A stretch of DNA of 64,000 nt from Candidatus Microgenomates bacterium (GCA_016204995.1 JACQJR010000001.1:28548-92547); one strand, 5' to 3'; positions 19,193 through 29,037 are shown, counted from the first letter of the stretch. The notes: generated by a model from the sequence alone, not told the origin. Translations and numbers: made by a program.

Positions 19193-22100
19193 TCAAGAAT
19201 TAAGTAATTCGCGGATTTTACGTTGGAGTTGATTGGACCAGGCCACACCATAAGGCAGTTTTAATCTCTTAGGTTCATAACCGCCGTTTTGAAACTCTAA
19301 TAATAGCTCTTTGTCTCCTTTTTGCGATTGTAAAAGTTGATTTAACTTAACAAGAATTTGGGAACTGGTCCTGGCAGGAATTTTAACTACTAATATCCCT
19401 TTATCCTCCGATTTATTAGCAAATTCAGCCGTAATTTCTTGTGCGTTATCTACTAAGACACTTAAATTCTCTTCTCTTTCTTCCACTTTTCCTTTTAAGA
19501 ATAAAGCAATATCTTTGCGCCATAACATTGGTGAGACCGCAAACACTTTGGGAAATACCACCACAGAAATTACTCCGGTATCATCAGCTAAATCACCAAA
19601 AGCCATTTCGCGGCCTCCATTTTTAGTAAAAACTACCCTAATATTTCTCAATACTCCTACTAAACTGACAGCTATTCCTTTATCATGTTCAGATAACTCA
19701 AATATTTTATGACTGGCTTGGGTGCCTGCTGAAATAATAAATTGCTCTACGGGATTAGGAGTAATGGAAAAACCGATTAACTGTCTTTCAAGGGCCAAAA
19801 TTTCCTCAATATTAAATTCAGGAATATCAGGCAAAGCGGCAACTTTAATTTCTTCTGCTTCATCTTGCCCAAATAATTCACTTTGATTGATATCTTTTTT
19901 AGTCTGTTTACCGCGAATTTCCTCAAGCGCCATTAGTTGGGCGGCCCGTTTGCCAAAACTATCCATCGCTCCAGCCTTAATTAAACTTTCCAAAACTTTT
20001 TTGTTCACCTTTTGGCTATCAACGACGGCACAAAAATGAGCCAGAGAGTTAAATTGACCAACTCTTTCGCGCACGTTAAATATTTCCTCAATCGCCGCTT
20101 TGCCGACATTCTTAATAGCGGAAAAACCAAAACGAATAGCCAGATTATTAAAGGAATTCTTATTTTCTTCAATGGTAAAGCCGACAGCAGAAGAATTAAT
20201 ATCGGGTGGTAAGATTAAAATGCCCATGCGTTTACACTCTGCTACTCCTAAAGCAACTTTTTCGGCATTGCCGGATTCAGCAGTTAAAAGTGCAGCCATA
20301 AAATCTACCAGATAATTGGCTTTCATCCAGGCAGTTTGATAAGCAATTAAGCCATAGGCTACCGAATGAGCTTTATTAAAACCATAGCCGGCAAATTTCT
20401 CAATTAAATCAAAAACCTCCCGTGCAATTTTTGCGTCCACGCCTTCTCCTACCGCTCGCTTAATAAATTTATCTTTCTCTTTGGCCATGACATCCTTTTT
20501 CTTTTTACCAATAGCCAGCCTTAACCTATCTGCTTCAATGGCATCATAACCAGCTAAAACTTGAGCAATTTGCAAACATTGTTCTTGGTAAACAATAATA
20601 CCGTAGGTTTCGGCTAAAACCGGCTCCAATTTGGGGTGAATATAGGAAAGTTTACTGCCTAATTTTTTTCGTGAAATAAATTCATCAATAAACTGCATAG
20701 GGCCAGGCCGGTAAAGAGCGACCATGGCGGCGATATCGGAAAATCGGGAAGGATTAAGCTGTTTGGCTAGTCTCCTCATGCCGGCCGACTCCAGTTGAAA
20801 TACTCCGGTAGTTTCTCCGCTAGCCAACAATTTGAAAACCGCCTTATCATTCAGGGGAATTTCCGATAAATCTATCTCTTGCCCAGTGCGTTCCTTAACG
20901 AAATTTAAAGCCTTTTCCAAAATAGTTAAATTACGCAGTCCCAGAAAATCCATTTTCATCAGTCCCACCGCTTGCCCTGGCTGCATAGCCGAGTTTAAAT
21001 CCAGGGCATACATATCGTACTGGGTAATAATTCTTTCGCCTTTAGTTTCCAGCTGCAAAGGTGTATATTCCACCAGTTCCTGATCGGATATCACTACTCC
21101 TGCTGCATGAGTAGAAGCGTGTCTGACTACGCCTTCTATTTGTTTGGCCAGATCTAAAATTCTTTTGGCGTCATTATCTTCTTTATAGAGGTTGCCCAAC
21201 TCTTCTGATATTTCAATGGCCCGTGTAATGGTCATATGGGCACCTTGCGGACCATGTGGGATAAGTTTGGCTATCCTATCTCCTGTTTCATAGGGATGGC
21301 CCAAAACGCGGGAGACGTCGCGCACGGCCATTCTGGCTTCCATTCGGCCAAAAGTAATAATTTGCGCCACCCGATCTTCGCCATATTTTTTAGTAACATA
21401 ACTAATTACTTCGTCCCGCCGATCATCAGCAAAGTCCAAATCAATATCAGGCGGGGTAGGCCGCCCCGGGTTTAAGAAGCGCTCAAAAGGCAAATTAAAT
21501 TCCATCGGATCAATAGAGGTAATCCGCAAAATGTAAGCCACGATTGAACCGCCCACAGAACCTCGGCCAGGACCGACTTTAATACCCTGCTGTTTGGCCC
21601 AATTAACAAAGTCTTGCACAATTAAAAAATAAGTAGCAAAACCTTTTTTAACAATAATGTCCAGTTCATATTCAATTCTCTGGGTGATCTTTTGATCAGC
21701 CTTAGGGTATCGCAGCGGCAATCTCTCATAAATTAAATCACGTAAATAAGCTTCGGCAGTCTTTTTAGGCGGTAAAGGAAAATTGGGCCAAATCCAGCTG
21801 CCAGTATTTAAATCTAAATTCACCTGCTCGGAAATTTTAACAGTGTTATCAATGGCTTCCGGCAAGTCGGTAAATAATTCGACCATCTCTTTTGGTGTTT
21901 TGACATAAAAATCAGGCGAATCAATCATGCTTAATCGGCTTTTATCGGCTAATTTTTTCTGGGTTTGAATGGCAATTAGAGCATCTTGAGCTTCAGCCTC
22001 ATTTTTTTCAATATAGTGGGTATCGGCTGTGGCTACTAAAGGAATACCCAGTTTGCGGGAAATAGTAATCAAACCATAATTCGCTTTCTCTTGATCGGCA

Positions 22101-22639
22101 ATTTTATCGTGGCGCTGGATTTCTAAGTAATAATCTTGACCAAAAATTTCCAAAAATTGTTTAGCGCGTTTGATTGCGCCGTCCAAATCCCCCTGCAAAA
22201 TCAATTTTGAGATCTCTCCGTTTAGGCATCCAGATAGAACAATTAAACCTTCATGATGTTTTTCTAATAAATCCAAATCTAGCCTAGGTTTATAATAATA
22301 ACCGGCTAAATGAGCAATAGTCACTAATTTCATTAAGTTTTTGTAGCCGGTAATGTCTTTAGCCAGGAGTATGAGATGGTGTTGATCGGCATCAACACCG
22401 GCCTGTTTATCTAAATGCGAACGCGTGGCCATATAAGCTTCTACTCCAATAATAGGTTTAATTTCGGCGTTAGTGCAGGCGAAATAAAAGGGGATAGCGC
22501 CATACATCGCGCCATGATCTGTAATAGCGCAAGCCCTCATACCATATTCTTTAACACGATCAACTAACTTCGCAATTTTTGCCAATCCATCAAGAAGAGA
22601 ATACTCGGTATGAGTATGAAGATGGATAAAATCGCTCAT
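19193..22639 (-). CDS. dnaE: DNA polymerase III alpha subunit
   Basis: HLHTHTEYSLLDG PHP domain, GRGS, PDIDLD, GFNKAHS, OB domain. Confidence 0.98.
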   Translation of the reverse strand: MSDFIHLHTHTEYSLLDGLAKIAKLVDRVKEYGMRACAITDHGAMYGAIPFYFACTNAEIKPIIGVEAYMATRSHLDKQAGVDADQHHLILLAKDITGYKNLMKLVTIAHLAGYYYKPRLDLDLLEKHHEGLIVLSGCLNGEISKLILQGDLDGAIKRAKQFLEIFGQDYYLEIQRHDKIADQEKANYGLITISRKLGIPLVATADTHYIEKNEAEAQDALIAIQTQKKLADKSRLSMIDSPDFYVKTPKEMVELFTDLPEAIDNTVKISEQVNLDLNTGSWIWPNFPLPPKKTAEAYLRDLIYERLPLRYPKADQKITQRIEYELDIIVKKGFATYFLIVQDFVNWAKQQGIKVGPGRGSVGGSIVAYILRITSIDPMEFNLPFERFLNPGRPTPPDIDLDFADDRRDEVISYVTKKYGEDRVAQIITFGRMEARMAVRDVSRVLGHPYETGDRIAKLIPHGPQGAHMTITRAIEISEELGNLYKEDNDAKRILDLAKQIEGVVRHASTHAAGVVISDQELVEYTPLQLETKGERIITQYDMYALDLNSAMQPGQAVGLMKMDFLGLRNLTILEKALNFVKERTGQEIDLSEIPLNDKAVFKLLASGETTGVFQLESAGMRRLAKQLNPSRFSDIAAMVALYRPGPMQFIDEFISRKKLGSKLSYIHPKLEPVLAETYGIIVYQEQCLQIAQVLAGYDAIEADRLRLAIGKKKKDVMAKEKDKFIKRAVGEGVDAKIAREVFDLIEKFAGYGFNKAHSVAYGLIAYQTAWMKANYLVDFMAALLTAESGNAEKVALGVAECKRMGILILPPDINSSAVGFTIEENKNSFNNLAIRFGFSAIKNVGKAAIEEIFNVRERVGQFNSLAHFCAVVDSQKVNKKVLESLIKAGAMDSFGKRAAQLMALEEIRGKQTKKDINQSELFGQDEAEEIKVAALPDIPEFNIEEILALERQLIGFSITPNPVEQFIISAGTQASHKIFELSEHDKGIAVSLVGVLRNIRVVFTKNGGREMAFGDLADDTGVISVVVFPKVFAVSPMLWRKDIALFLKGKVEEREENLSVLVDNAQEITAEFANKSEDKGILVVKIPARTSSQILVKLNQLLQSQKGDKELLLEFQNGGYEPKRLKLPYGVAWSNQLQRKIRELLNS

Positions 22640-22649
22640 CCTCTACATT

Positions 22650-23126
22650 CTAAACTTCGTTCCTTGCGGTTTCAAGATGACTTTCGCCTGTCTTTTGAAC
22701 TCTTTCGCGGGCTAGAAGCAATAAATTTTCTACTTCTCGTTTTGTTTCTTCTACATCGTTTGGATTAACTTTAGCGAGTCCGGCCCCGCTAATAATATGG
22801 CTATTTTCTAAAAGTAAATTAACTCTGGCCCAGTATTTTTCAGCACTACCGGCTGTAGTATTCACCAATAAGACAGCAAATTCATCGGGGTTGTATTGAC
22901 CAATCACATCGCCTCTGAAGCCTCCGCGGGTATTTCCTTCTAAAATTTTCTTTGCTATCTTCATATTTTCGGCAGAAGGGCTATTAATACCGATAATTAA
23001 AAGCGCCAAATTATTGCGATAGGGCTCTGATGCTTTTTCCAGTAAAAGACGGTCAAATAACTGATTATCTTCCTTTTCTGCCAAGATGTTGCCATTTAAT
23101 AATTCAGTTATTTCATCATCCGCCAT
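22650..23126 (-). CDS. Degenerate GGDEF-like domain protein
   Basis: RGDVIGQYNPDEFAVLL resembles RxxDxxxRxGGDEFAVLL; ISGAGLA. Confidence 0.55.
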   Translation of the reverse strand: MADDEITELLNGNILAEKEDNQLFDRLLLEKASEPYRNNLALLIIGINSPSAENMKIAKKILEGNTRGGFRGDVIGQYNPDEFAVLLVNTTAGSAEKYWARVNLLLENSHIISGAGLAKVNPNDVEETKREVENLLLLARERVQKTGESHLETARNEV

Positions 23127-23135
23127 ATTAATATT

Positions 23136-24524
23136 TTAACTTTTTTCTCCTAATTTTTCAATAATTTTTTGCCGAATTTGGTTGGGGTTGCCTTTACCTT
23201 TGGTTTGAGCCATCACTTTTCCGACCAAAAATTCCATTGAACCACTTTTGCCCCTTTTATAATTTGTTACTGCTGAACCCTCTTTTTTGATGATTTCACT
23301 TATAATATTTTCTAGTTCCATGGCTGGTAAATCTTCCCTCTTACTTTTAACAATGGCTTCCACTAATTCTGCCGGCAACATTCTACTCCAGTCCACTCTT
23401 TTGTTAATCATAATATTGGCGATCGCAGTAGCTTCAATACCAAATTTTTTTCCTATTTTCACTGCTTCTTCAAAAAAATCGGCGATTTTGCGTGTTTCAA
23501 CTAATTGAAAAGCCTGATCTTCCCGCAATCCATAATCTTTAATAAATCTATTTTTCTTTTCAGTCGGCAATTCTGGAATTTGAGATTTGAGATTTGAGAT
23601 TTGAGATTCTGATATTCTTATTGGTGGAATATCCGGTTCTGGAAAATAACGATAATCTTGAGCCTCTTCTTTAGTTCTTTGGGAAACAGTCCGATTATGT
23701 ACTTCATCATAGCCTCGAGTTTCTTGAATTGGTGTTTTGCCTTTATCCAAAAGTTCACCTTGTCGTTGAATTTCATAATTAATCGCCTTTTCCACGAATC
23801 TAAATGAATTAATATTCTTCACCTCCACCTTGTATTTTGGTAATTCATTTGAGATTTGAGATTTGAGATTTGAGATTTCTCGAACCGAAATGTTAGGTTC
23901 GAGACGCATATCTCCCTTTTCCATATCGGCGTTGGAAACATCTAAATATCTAACTATCTGTTGCAATTTTTTGAGGTATTCCACAACTTCTTGACTATTT
24001 TCAAAGTCAGGCTCGGTCACAATCTCTACCAAAGGCACGCCGCTTCTATTAAAATCAATTAATGAATATTTTTCTTTATTGGAAATTGGAAAAGTTGTTT
24101 CCTTTGGAAAGTGGAAATTGGAAATTCCAAGCTGATGCATCAGCTTGGCAGTGTCTTCCTCCATATGGACTCGGGTAATGCCGATTTTTTTATCACTACT
24201 CAATATAATTTCACCTTTGTCGCAAAAAGGAATATCATATTGGCTAATTTGATAACCTTTTGGTAGATCGGGATAAAAATAATTTTTGCGATCAAATTTG
24301 GAAAAAGAGGCTAGTTGACAGTTTAAGGCCAGCCCTATCATCCGACACCAATCAATAGCTTGGCGGTTAGGCACAGGTAAGGCTCCTGGTAAGCCTAGAC
24401 AAACAGGGCAAACATGAGTATTGGGTTCGGTGCCGAAATAATCGGCACTGCAACCACAAAACATCTTAGACTTAGTTTTAAGCTCTACATGCACTTCAAG
24501 TCCTATTACTGGTTGATATTTCAT
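23136..24524 (-). CDS. gatB: Asp/Glu-tRNA amidotransferase subunit B
   Basis: IGLEVH, DRKNYFYPDLPKGYQISQ, EVKNINS, DYRYFPEPD; start placed at ATG 24524 (ATGA overlap with the gatA stop). Confidence 0.97.
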   Translation of the reverse strand: MKYQPVIGLEVHVELKTKSKMFCGCSADYFGTEPNTHVCPVCLGLPGALPVPNRQAIDWCRMIGLALNCQLASFSKFDRKNYFYPDLPKGYQISQYDIPFCDKGEIILSSDKKIGITRVHMEEDTAKLMHQLGISNFHFPKETTFPISNKEKYSLIDFNRSGVPLVEIVTEPDFENSQEVVEYLKKLQQIVRYLDVSNADMEKGDMRLEPNISVREISNLKSQISNELPKYKVEVKNINSFRFVEKAINYEIQRQGELLDKGKTPIQETRGYDEVHNRTVSQRTKEEAQDYRYFPEPDIPPIRISESQISNLKSQIPELPTEKKNRFIKDYGLREDQAFQLVETRKIADFFEEAVKIGKKFGIEATAIANIMINKRVDWSRMLPAELVEAIVKSKREDLPAMELENIISEIIKKEGSAVTNYKRGKSGSMEFLVGKVMAQTKGKGNPNQIRQKIIEKLGEKS

Positions 24525-25942
24525 AATTCTGGTTTCATTTTCTGCCAATCAGTGGCCTGTTCGTATTGGTATCCCACATTTAAAAGCGACTTTTCCGAAA
24601 ATTGCGGGCCGATAATTTGCATACCAATGGGTAAACCTGCCTTAGAAAACCCACAAGGTAAAGCCAAAGAAGGAATTCCGGCCAAATTTATTAAAACTGT
24701 ATAAACATCTACCAAATACATCTGCAAAGGATCAGCTATTTTTTCACCCAATTTAAATGGTGGTATTGGCGAAACCGGAGCTAAAATCACCTCACATTTG
24801 TTAAAAGCCTTTTCAAAGTCATTTTTAATAAGACTTCTTACTTTTTGAGCTTTCAAGTAATATTGATCATAATATCCACTGGATAAAGCATAGGTACCTA
24901 ACATAATTCGCTTTTTTGCTTCTTGCCCAAAATATTCTCGGTCGTTACCAAATCTAATCCCATCATATCTAGCCAAATTAGAGCTAGTTTCGGAAGAAGC
25001 AATTAAATAGTAAGTAGCGATACCATCTTCAGTATGGGGAAGAGAAATATCTACTATCTCTGCCCCTTTTTCTTTAAAAATTTGTAAAGCTTTATTTATG
25101 GCGTCTTTAATCTCGCTATTTAAGCCTTTGCTAAAAAATTCACTAGGTATCCCAATTTTTAAGCCTTTAATATCCTGATTTAAGCTGCTAGAGTAGTCCT
25201 CCACTGGTCGCGGTGAGCTGGTGGCATCGTGAGAGTCGCTTCCCGCGATCACAGACAAAATTTCGGCTACATCACTAACATTTTTTCCCATGGGGCCCAT
25301 ACTATCCAAAGATGAAGCATAGGAAATCGCTCCATAGCGGGACACTCGACCGTAAGTTACTTTTAAGCCGACCGTTGCGCAAAAGGCCGAAGGCAAACGG
25401 ATTGATCCACCCGTATCTTCACCAATTTCAAAAATAGTCATGTCAGCTGCGAGGACGGCGGCTGATCCACCACTTGATCCTCCCGGTACATAATCCAAAT
25501 TCCAGGGATTTTTAGTTGGTCCAAAGTCGGAATTTTCCGTAGAGGAGCCATGACCCCAAGCATCGCAATTAGTTTTGCCTAATAAAATTGCCCCACTATC
25601 AATAAGTTTTTGATAAACAGAAGCATTATAGGGAGGAAGATAATTTTCCAAAATTTTAGAACCGGCTGTAGTTCTAATATTTTTGGTAGAATAAACATCC
25701 TTCATGGAAAAGGGAATGCCTAACAATGGTTGAGCCTCCCAAGTCTCTCCTTGGAGAATTAACTTGTCAGCATGGTCGGCTGATTCTAAAGCTTCCTTCT
25801 CGCAAACTGTAATAAAAGCGTTTAGCTGTGGATTAAGTTTTTTAATTCTTTCTAAATAATTTTCGGTTAATTCCCGTGCCGAAAATTCTTTCTTTTTTAA
25901 TCCCTTTTTAGCCTCGCTAATTGTTAATTTAATCAAATCCAT
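24521..25942 (-). CDS. gatA: Asp/Glu-tRNA amidotransferase subunit A
   Basis: GGSSGGS, DTGGSIRLP, SSNLARYDG, RIMLG. Confidence 0.97.
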   Translation of the reverse strand: MDLIKLTISEAKKGLKKKEFSARELTENYLERIKKLNPQLNAFITVCEKEALESADHADKLILQGETWEAQPLLGIPFSMKDVYSTKNIRTTAGSKILENYLPPYNASVYQKLIDSGAILLGKTNCDAWGHGSSTENSDFGPTKNPWNLDYVPGGSSGGSAAVLAADMTIFEIGEDTGGSIRLPSAFCATVGLKVTYGRVSRYGAISYASSLDSMGPMGKNVSDVAEILSVIAGSDSHDATSSPRPVEDYSSSLNQDIKGLKIGIPSEFFSKGLNSEIKDAINKALQIFKEKGAEIVDISLPHTEDGIATYYLIASSETSSNLARYDGIRFGNDREYFGQEAKKRIMLGTYALSSGYYDQYYLKAQKVRSLIKNDFEKAFNKCEVILAPVSPIPPFKLGEKIADPLQMYLVDVYTVLINLAGIPSLALPCGFSKAGLPIGMQIIGPQFSEKSLLNVGYQYEQATDWQKMKPEL

Positions 25943-25964
25943 ATCTTATTTCGTAAATCTTAAA

Positions 25965-26258
25965 TCATAAATCTTCCAGAATTGCCGGCACTTTAAACAT
26001 CCCATTATGGGTGTTTTTAGAATTTTGCAGCACTTCTGTCTGTGTCAAAGAAGGAGAGGTTTCGTCAGGACGGGTTACATTTTCTAAACCAGTAATGTGG
26101 CTGGTAGGTTCAACCCCGATTAAATCGGGGTCAACTTCATTCAGTTTATTAACGTAGGATAGTATTTCCTCTAACTCACGACTTATTTTTTCTTCTTCCT
26201 CGCTGGATAGCCCTAAATTGGCCAGCTTTGCGGTGTGTCTAATATCAAATTTTGCCAT
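25965..26258 (-). CDS. gatC: Asp/Glu-tRNA amidotransferase subunit C
   Basis: HTAKLANL, ILSYVNKL, FKVPAIL; upstream of gatA. Confidence 0.92.
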   Translation of the reverse strand: MAKFDIRHTAKLANLGLSSEEEEKISRELEEILSYVNKLNEVDPDLIGVEPTSHITGLENVTRPDETSPSLTQTEVLQNSKNTHNGMFKVPAILEDL

Positions 26259-28028
26259 TTAAAATATCTCCTTAAACTCTATGTATGGTAGAGTGTTGAC
26301 AATATCATCCTTCTCCGCCCAACCTCGTCTAGCCACGAATACACCATAACGCATTAATTCCATATGGTCAAGTTGATGACTATCAGTGTTAATAATCATT
26401 TTTATTCCCCTTTTTACTGCTTCCCGTACTAAATTATCCGGCAAATCTAGTCTGTCATACCAGGAATTAATCTCCAATAATTTTTTATGTTCTTCACAGA
26501 ACGCAAAGATTTTTTCCCAATCTAACTCAATTCCTTCCCGTTTATTAAGTCGACGACCAGTGGGATGACCAAAAATTTTAGCCTTAGGATGGCTTAAGCC
26601 TGCCAATACTCTTTTAGTTTGCTCGCTTTTACTTAATCTAAAACTGGAATGGACTGAAACTATCATATAATCCAGCAAATCAACCGCTTCATTTGGAAGA
26701 GCCAGTTTGCCATTGGGAGTAATATCTACTTCCAAGCCATTAAAAATATGATGAATTTTAGCGCTTTTCAGTTTCTCTATGGCTTCTTTTTTACGCTTTA
26801 ACAAAGTAAGAACCTCGTTTTTAGTAGTACCTGATTGAGAAGGATTATGCTCGCTAAAACCCAAATATTCATAGCCTAAACTTTCCGCCTTTTTGACCAT
26901 CTCGGCAAAATTGTGCAAGCCTTCGTCATGACTGGTGTGAATTGAGAAGCTAGAGTGAAGATGAAAATCGCCTTTAATATCTTCCAACTTGACCAGTTTG
27001 GGCAATTTATGATGATATGAAGCTTCTATTTCTCCGGTATCTTCCCGTAATTCCGGTTCAATCCAATCCAAACCCAATTCTCGATAAAATTCATCTTCTG
27101 TCCTGTAAGTTTTGAGTTCGGGGTTATGGGTTCGGAGTTTTTTTATCCCGTATTCCGATAAACTTAAACCTCGCCGCAAAGCAAATTCGCGTAGAGCAAT
27201 ATTATGATGTTTAGAGCCGGTAAAATGAGCTAACAGTGCCCCATAAGAAACAGGTGGTTGAACCATTAAGTCTACTTGGGCGCCGCCAGTTACTAAAATA
27301 GAAGAAGTATGAGGACCGGCTTCAATTAAACGAACTTTTTTAGGATAATTTTTGAAATGTTCAATTACCTCGCGGGGTTTATCGGAAGCGACTGAAATAT
27401 CTACGTCTCCCACTGTCGCCACATGACGTCTCAAGCTGCCTAAGGGATCAGCCCGTAAGACGGCTGGTGTTTTTTTTAGCCAAACTAGAATATCGTCGGC
27501 AATACTACTCGCTACCGGTAGAAGCATGCGAGCGGCCCCACGTTCTTTAAGTTCCTGTAAATTTCGTAGAATTCCTGCTTCAGATTCAGTTCCTAGTCCT
27601 TCAATTTCCCGAATTTTACCTAATTTTGCTAGTTCTTCCAGTCTTTTTAAGGCGTCTTTTTCCTCATGAATTTTCAACTCCTGGCACAACTTATAGGCAA
27701 TTTTGGCCCCAATCCCGGGAACTTGCATAAATGTAAACATGGCCGATGGCAAATCTTGCATGACGGAATGAAAATGTCTAACTTTGCCAGTTTTGAAAAG
27801 TTCACCCAGATATTTAGCTATGGCGCTACCGATGCCTGGCACCTGATCTAATTTGCCCTCCTCCCACAAGTCTTTAAGCTCCATGGTACTATGTTCAATG
27901 CTGTCAGCAGCTTTTTGATAAGCTCCTATTTTAAAGCGATTGAAAGGTCCTTTGCCTTTTAACTCATAAGCTGCGGCGACACTACGAAGAAGCTCGGCAA
28001 TTTCTAAGTTTGTCATGTTTTTGTGCAT
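26259..28028 (-). CDS. polX: DNA polymerase X with PHP domain
   Basis: GSLRR, GDVD, HFTGSKHHN, PELRE; PHP motifs HLHS, SEH, GHPTGR, NTDSH. Confidence 0.95.
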   Translation of the reverse strand: MHKNMTNLEIAELLRSVAAAYELKGKGPFNRFKIGAYQKAADSIEHSTMELKDLWEEGKLDQVPGIGSAIAKYLGELFKTGKVRHFHSVMQDLPSAMFTFMQVPGIGAKIAYKLCQELKIHEEKDALKRLEELAKLGKIREIEGLGTESEAGILRNLQELKERGAARMLLPVASSIADDILVWLKKTPAVLRADPLGSLRRHVATVGDVDISVASDKPREVIEHFKNYPKKVRLIEAGPHTSSILVTGGAQVDLMVQPPVSYGALLAHFTGSKHHNIALREFALRRGLSLSEYGIKKLRTHNPELKTYRTEDEFYRELGLDWIEPELREDTGEIEASYHHKLPKLVKLEDIKGDFHLHSSFSIHTSHDEGLHNFAEMVKKAESLGYEYLGFSEHNPSQSGTTKNEVLTLLKRKKEAIEKLKSAKIHHIFNGLEVDITPNGKLALPNEAVDLLDYMIVSVHSSFRLSKSEQTKRVLAGLSHPKAKIFGHPTGRRLNKREGIELDWEKIFAFCEEHKKLLEINSWYDRLDLPDNLVREAVKRGIKMIINTDSHQLDHMELMRYGVFVARRGWAEKDDIVNTLPYIEFKEIF

Positions 28029-28058
28029 GATTTACTAGAGTTATGATAACACTTTAAT

Positions 28059-28088
28059 TTGACGCTCCTCAAGTACTCGTGATATAGT
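28059..28088 (+). promoter_or_regulatory. Putative promoter of tRNA-Asp
   Basis: TTGACG-18 nt-TATAGT with TGn extension, 10 nt before the tRNA. Confidence 0.5.
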
Positions 28089-28098
28089 GTGTTAGCGT

Positions 28099-28172
28099 GG
28101 GGTGGTAGCTCAGTTGGTTAGAGCGCTTCCCTGTCACGGAAGAGGTCGCGGGTTCGAGTCCCGTCCACCCCG
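28099..28172 (+). tRNA. tRNA-Asp(GTC)
   Basis: GGGGTGG/CCACCCC acceptor stem, CTTCC-CT GTC AC-GGAAG anticodon arm, GGTTCGAGTCC; CCA not encoded. Confidence 0.95.
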
Positions 28173-28240
28173 CTAGGCACACCTCGCGGACTTGACAAGT
28201 TTACTATAAGTGATAAACTGAAAAAAAAGACTTATCTCCG

Positions 28241-28816
28241 ATGGATCTTAAAGACATACTTAAAGCGGTCAAGCTGAATGAAAGTTTAATCAGTATGGTC
28301 TTAGGAGCCCTCGTCTTCTTGGTAGTCGGAGTTTTAATCATCAATTATTTTCGGGGAATTAGAAATACGACTAATTCAGGTAGTACCAGCAGTATTGCGA
28401 CCGAAATGAGTTTGCCAGCCGAATATAGCGTAACACAAGGAGACAGTTTATGGAAAATCGCCCAAAAGTATTATGGTTCTGGCTATAATTGGGTAGATAT
28501 AGCTACAGCTAATAAATTAACAAATCCCAATGTTATTTCCGCAGGCCAAAAACTGACTATTCCTAAGGTAGAAGCAGCGGTAGCTACCCCACAAACATCC
28601 ACCGTCACTGCCAGCACTAATGAAAAAGTGGCATCACCGATTTCCAGCGAGACTTATAAAGTAGTTAAAGGCGATAGTTTATGGAATATTGCCGTGCGAG
28701 CTTATGGCGACGGCTATCAATGGACTAAGATTTATCAGGAAAATAAGACCATGGTTAAAAACCCCAATCTAATTTATCCCGATCAAGAGTTTAAACTACC
28801 ACGGACTAGCCCATAG
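28241..28816 (+). CDS. Membrane-anchored double-LysM protein
   Basis: One TM helix, then YSVTQGDSLWKIA and YKVVKGDSLWNIA LysM repeats. Confidence 0.92.
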   Translation: MDLKDILKAVKLNESLISMVLGALVFLVVGVLIINYFRGIRNTTNSGSTSSIATEMSLPAEYSVTQGDSLWKIAQKYYGSGYNWVDIATANKLTNPNVISAGQKLTIPKVEAAVATPQTSTVTASTNEKVASPISSETYKVVKGDSLWNIAVRAYGDGYQWTKIYQENKTMVKNPNLIYPDQEFKLPRTSP

Positions 28817-28825
28817 AATAATTAA

Positions 28826-28866
28826 GCGGGTGTAGTTGAGTGGTGCAACGCTTTCTTCCTCCGCCA
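28826..28866 (+). pseudogene. tRNA-Gly-like 5' half remnant
   Basis: GCGGGTG TA GTTG AGTGGTG CAAC G CTTTCTTCC, then no T-arm; lies directly before an intact tRNA-Gly. Confidence 0.5.
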
Positions 28867-28870
28867 ATAA

Positions 28871-28942
28871 GCAGCTGTAGTGTAGCGGTAACACGCCTCC
28901 TTCCCAAGGAGGAAACCGAGGGTTCGAATCCCTTCAGCTGCT
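28871..28942 (+). tRNA. tRNA-Gly(CCC)
   Basis: GCAGCTG/CAGCTGC acceptor stem, CCTCC-TT CCC AA-GGAGG, GGTTCGAATCC. Confidence 0.93.
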
Positions 28943-28957
28943 CAAAAAGATTAAAAT

Positions 28958-29030
28958 CTTCCGTTTACACTTTCGGGCCTGAGGACTTCGTCGGTGAGCT
29001 CAGTCGAGCCGCTCGGGCTCGAAGAGGTGT
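28958..29030. repeat. Composite nested palindromic element, copy B (core inverted relative to copy A)
   Basis: Reverse complement matches 2082-2152; preceded by cttccgtttacac as copy A is by cttccgattacac. Confidence 0.85.
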
Positions 29031-29037
29031 CTGCTGA

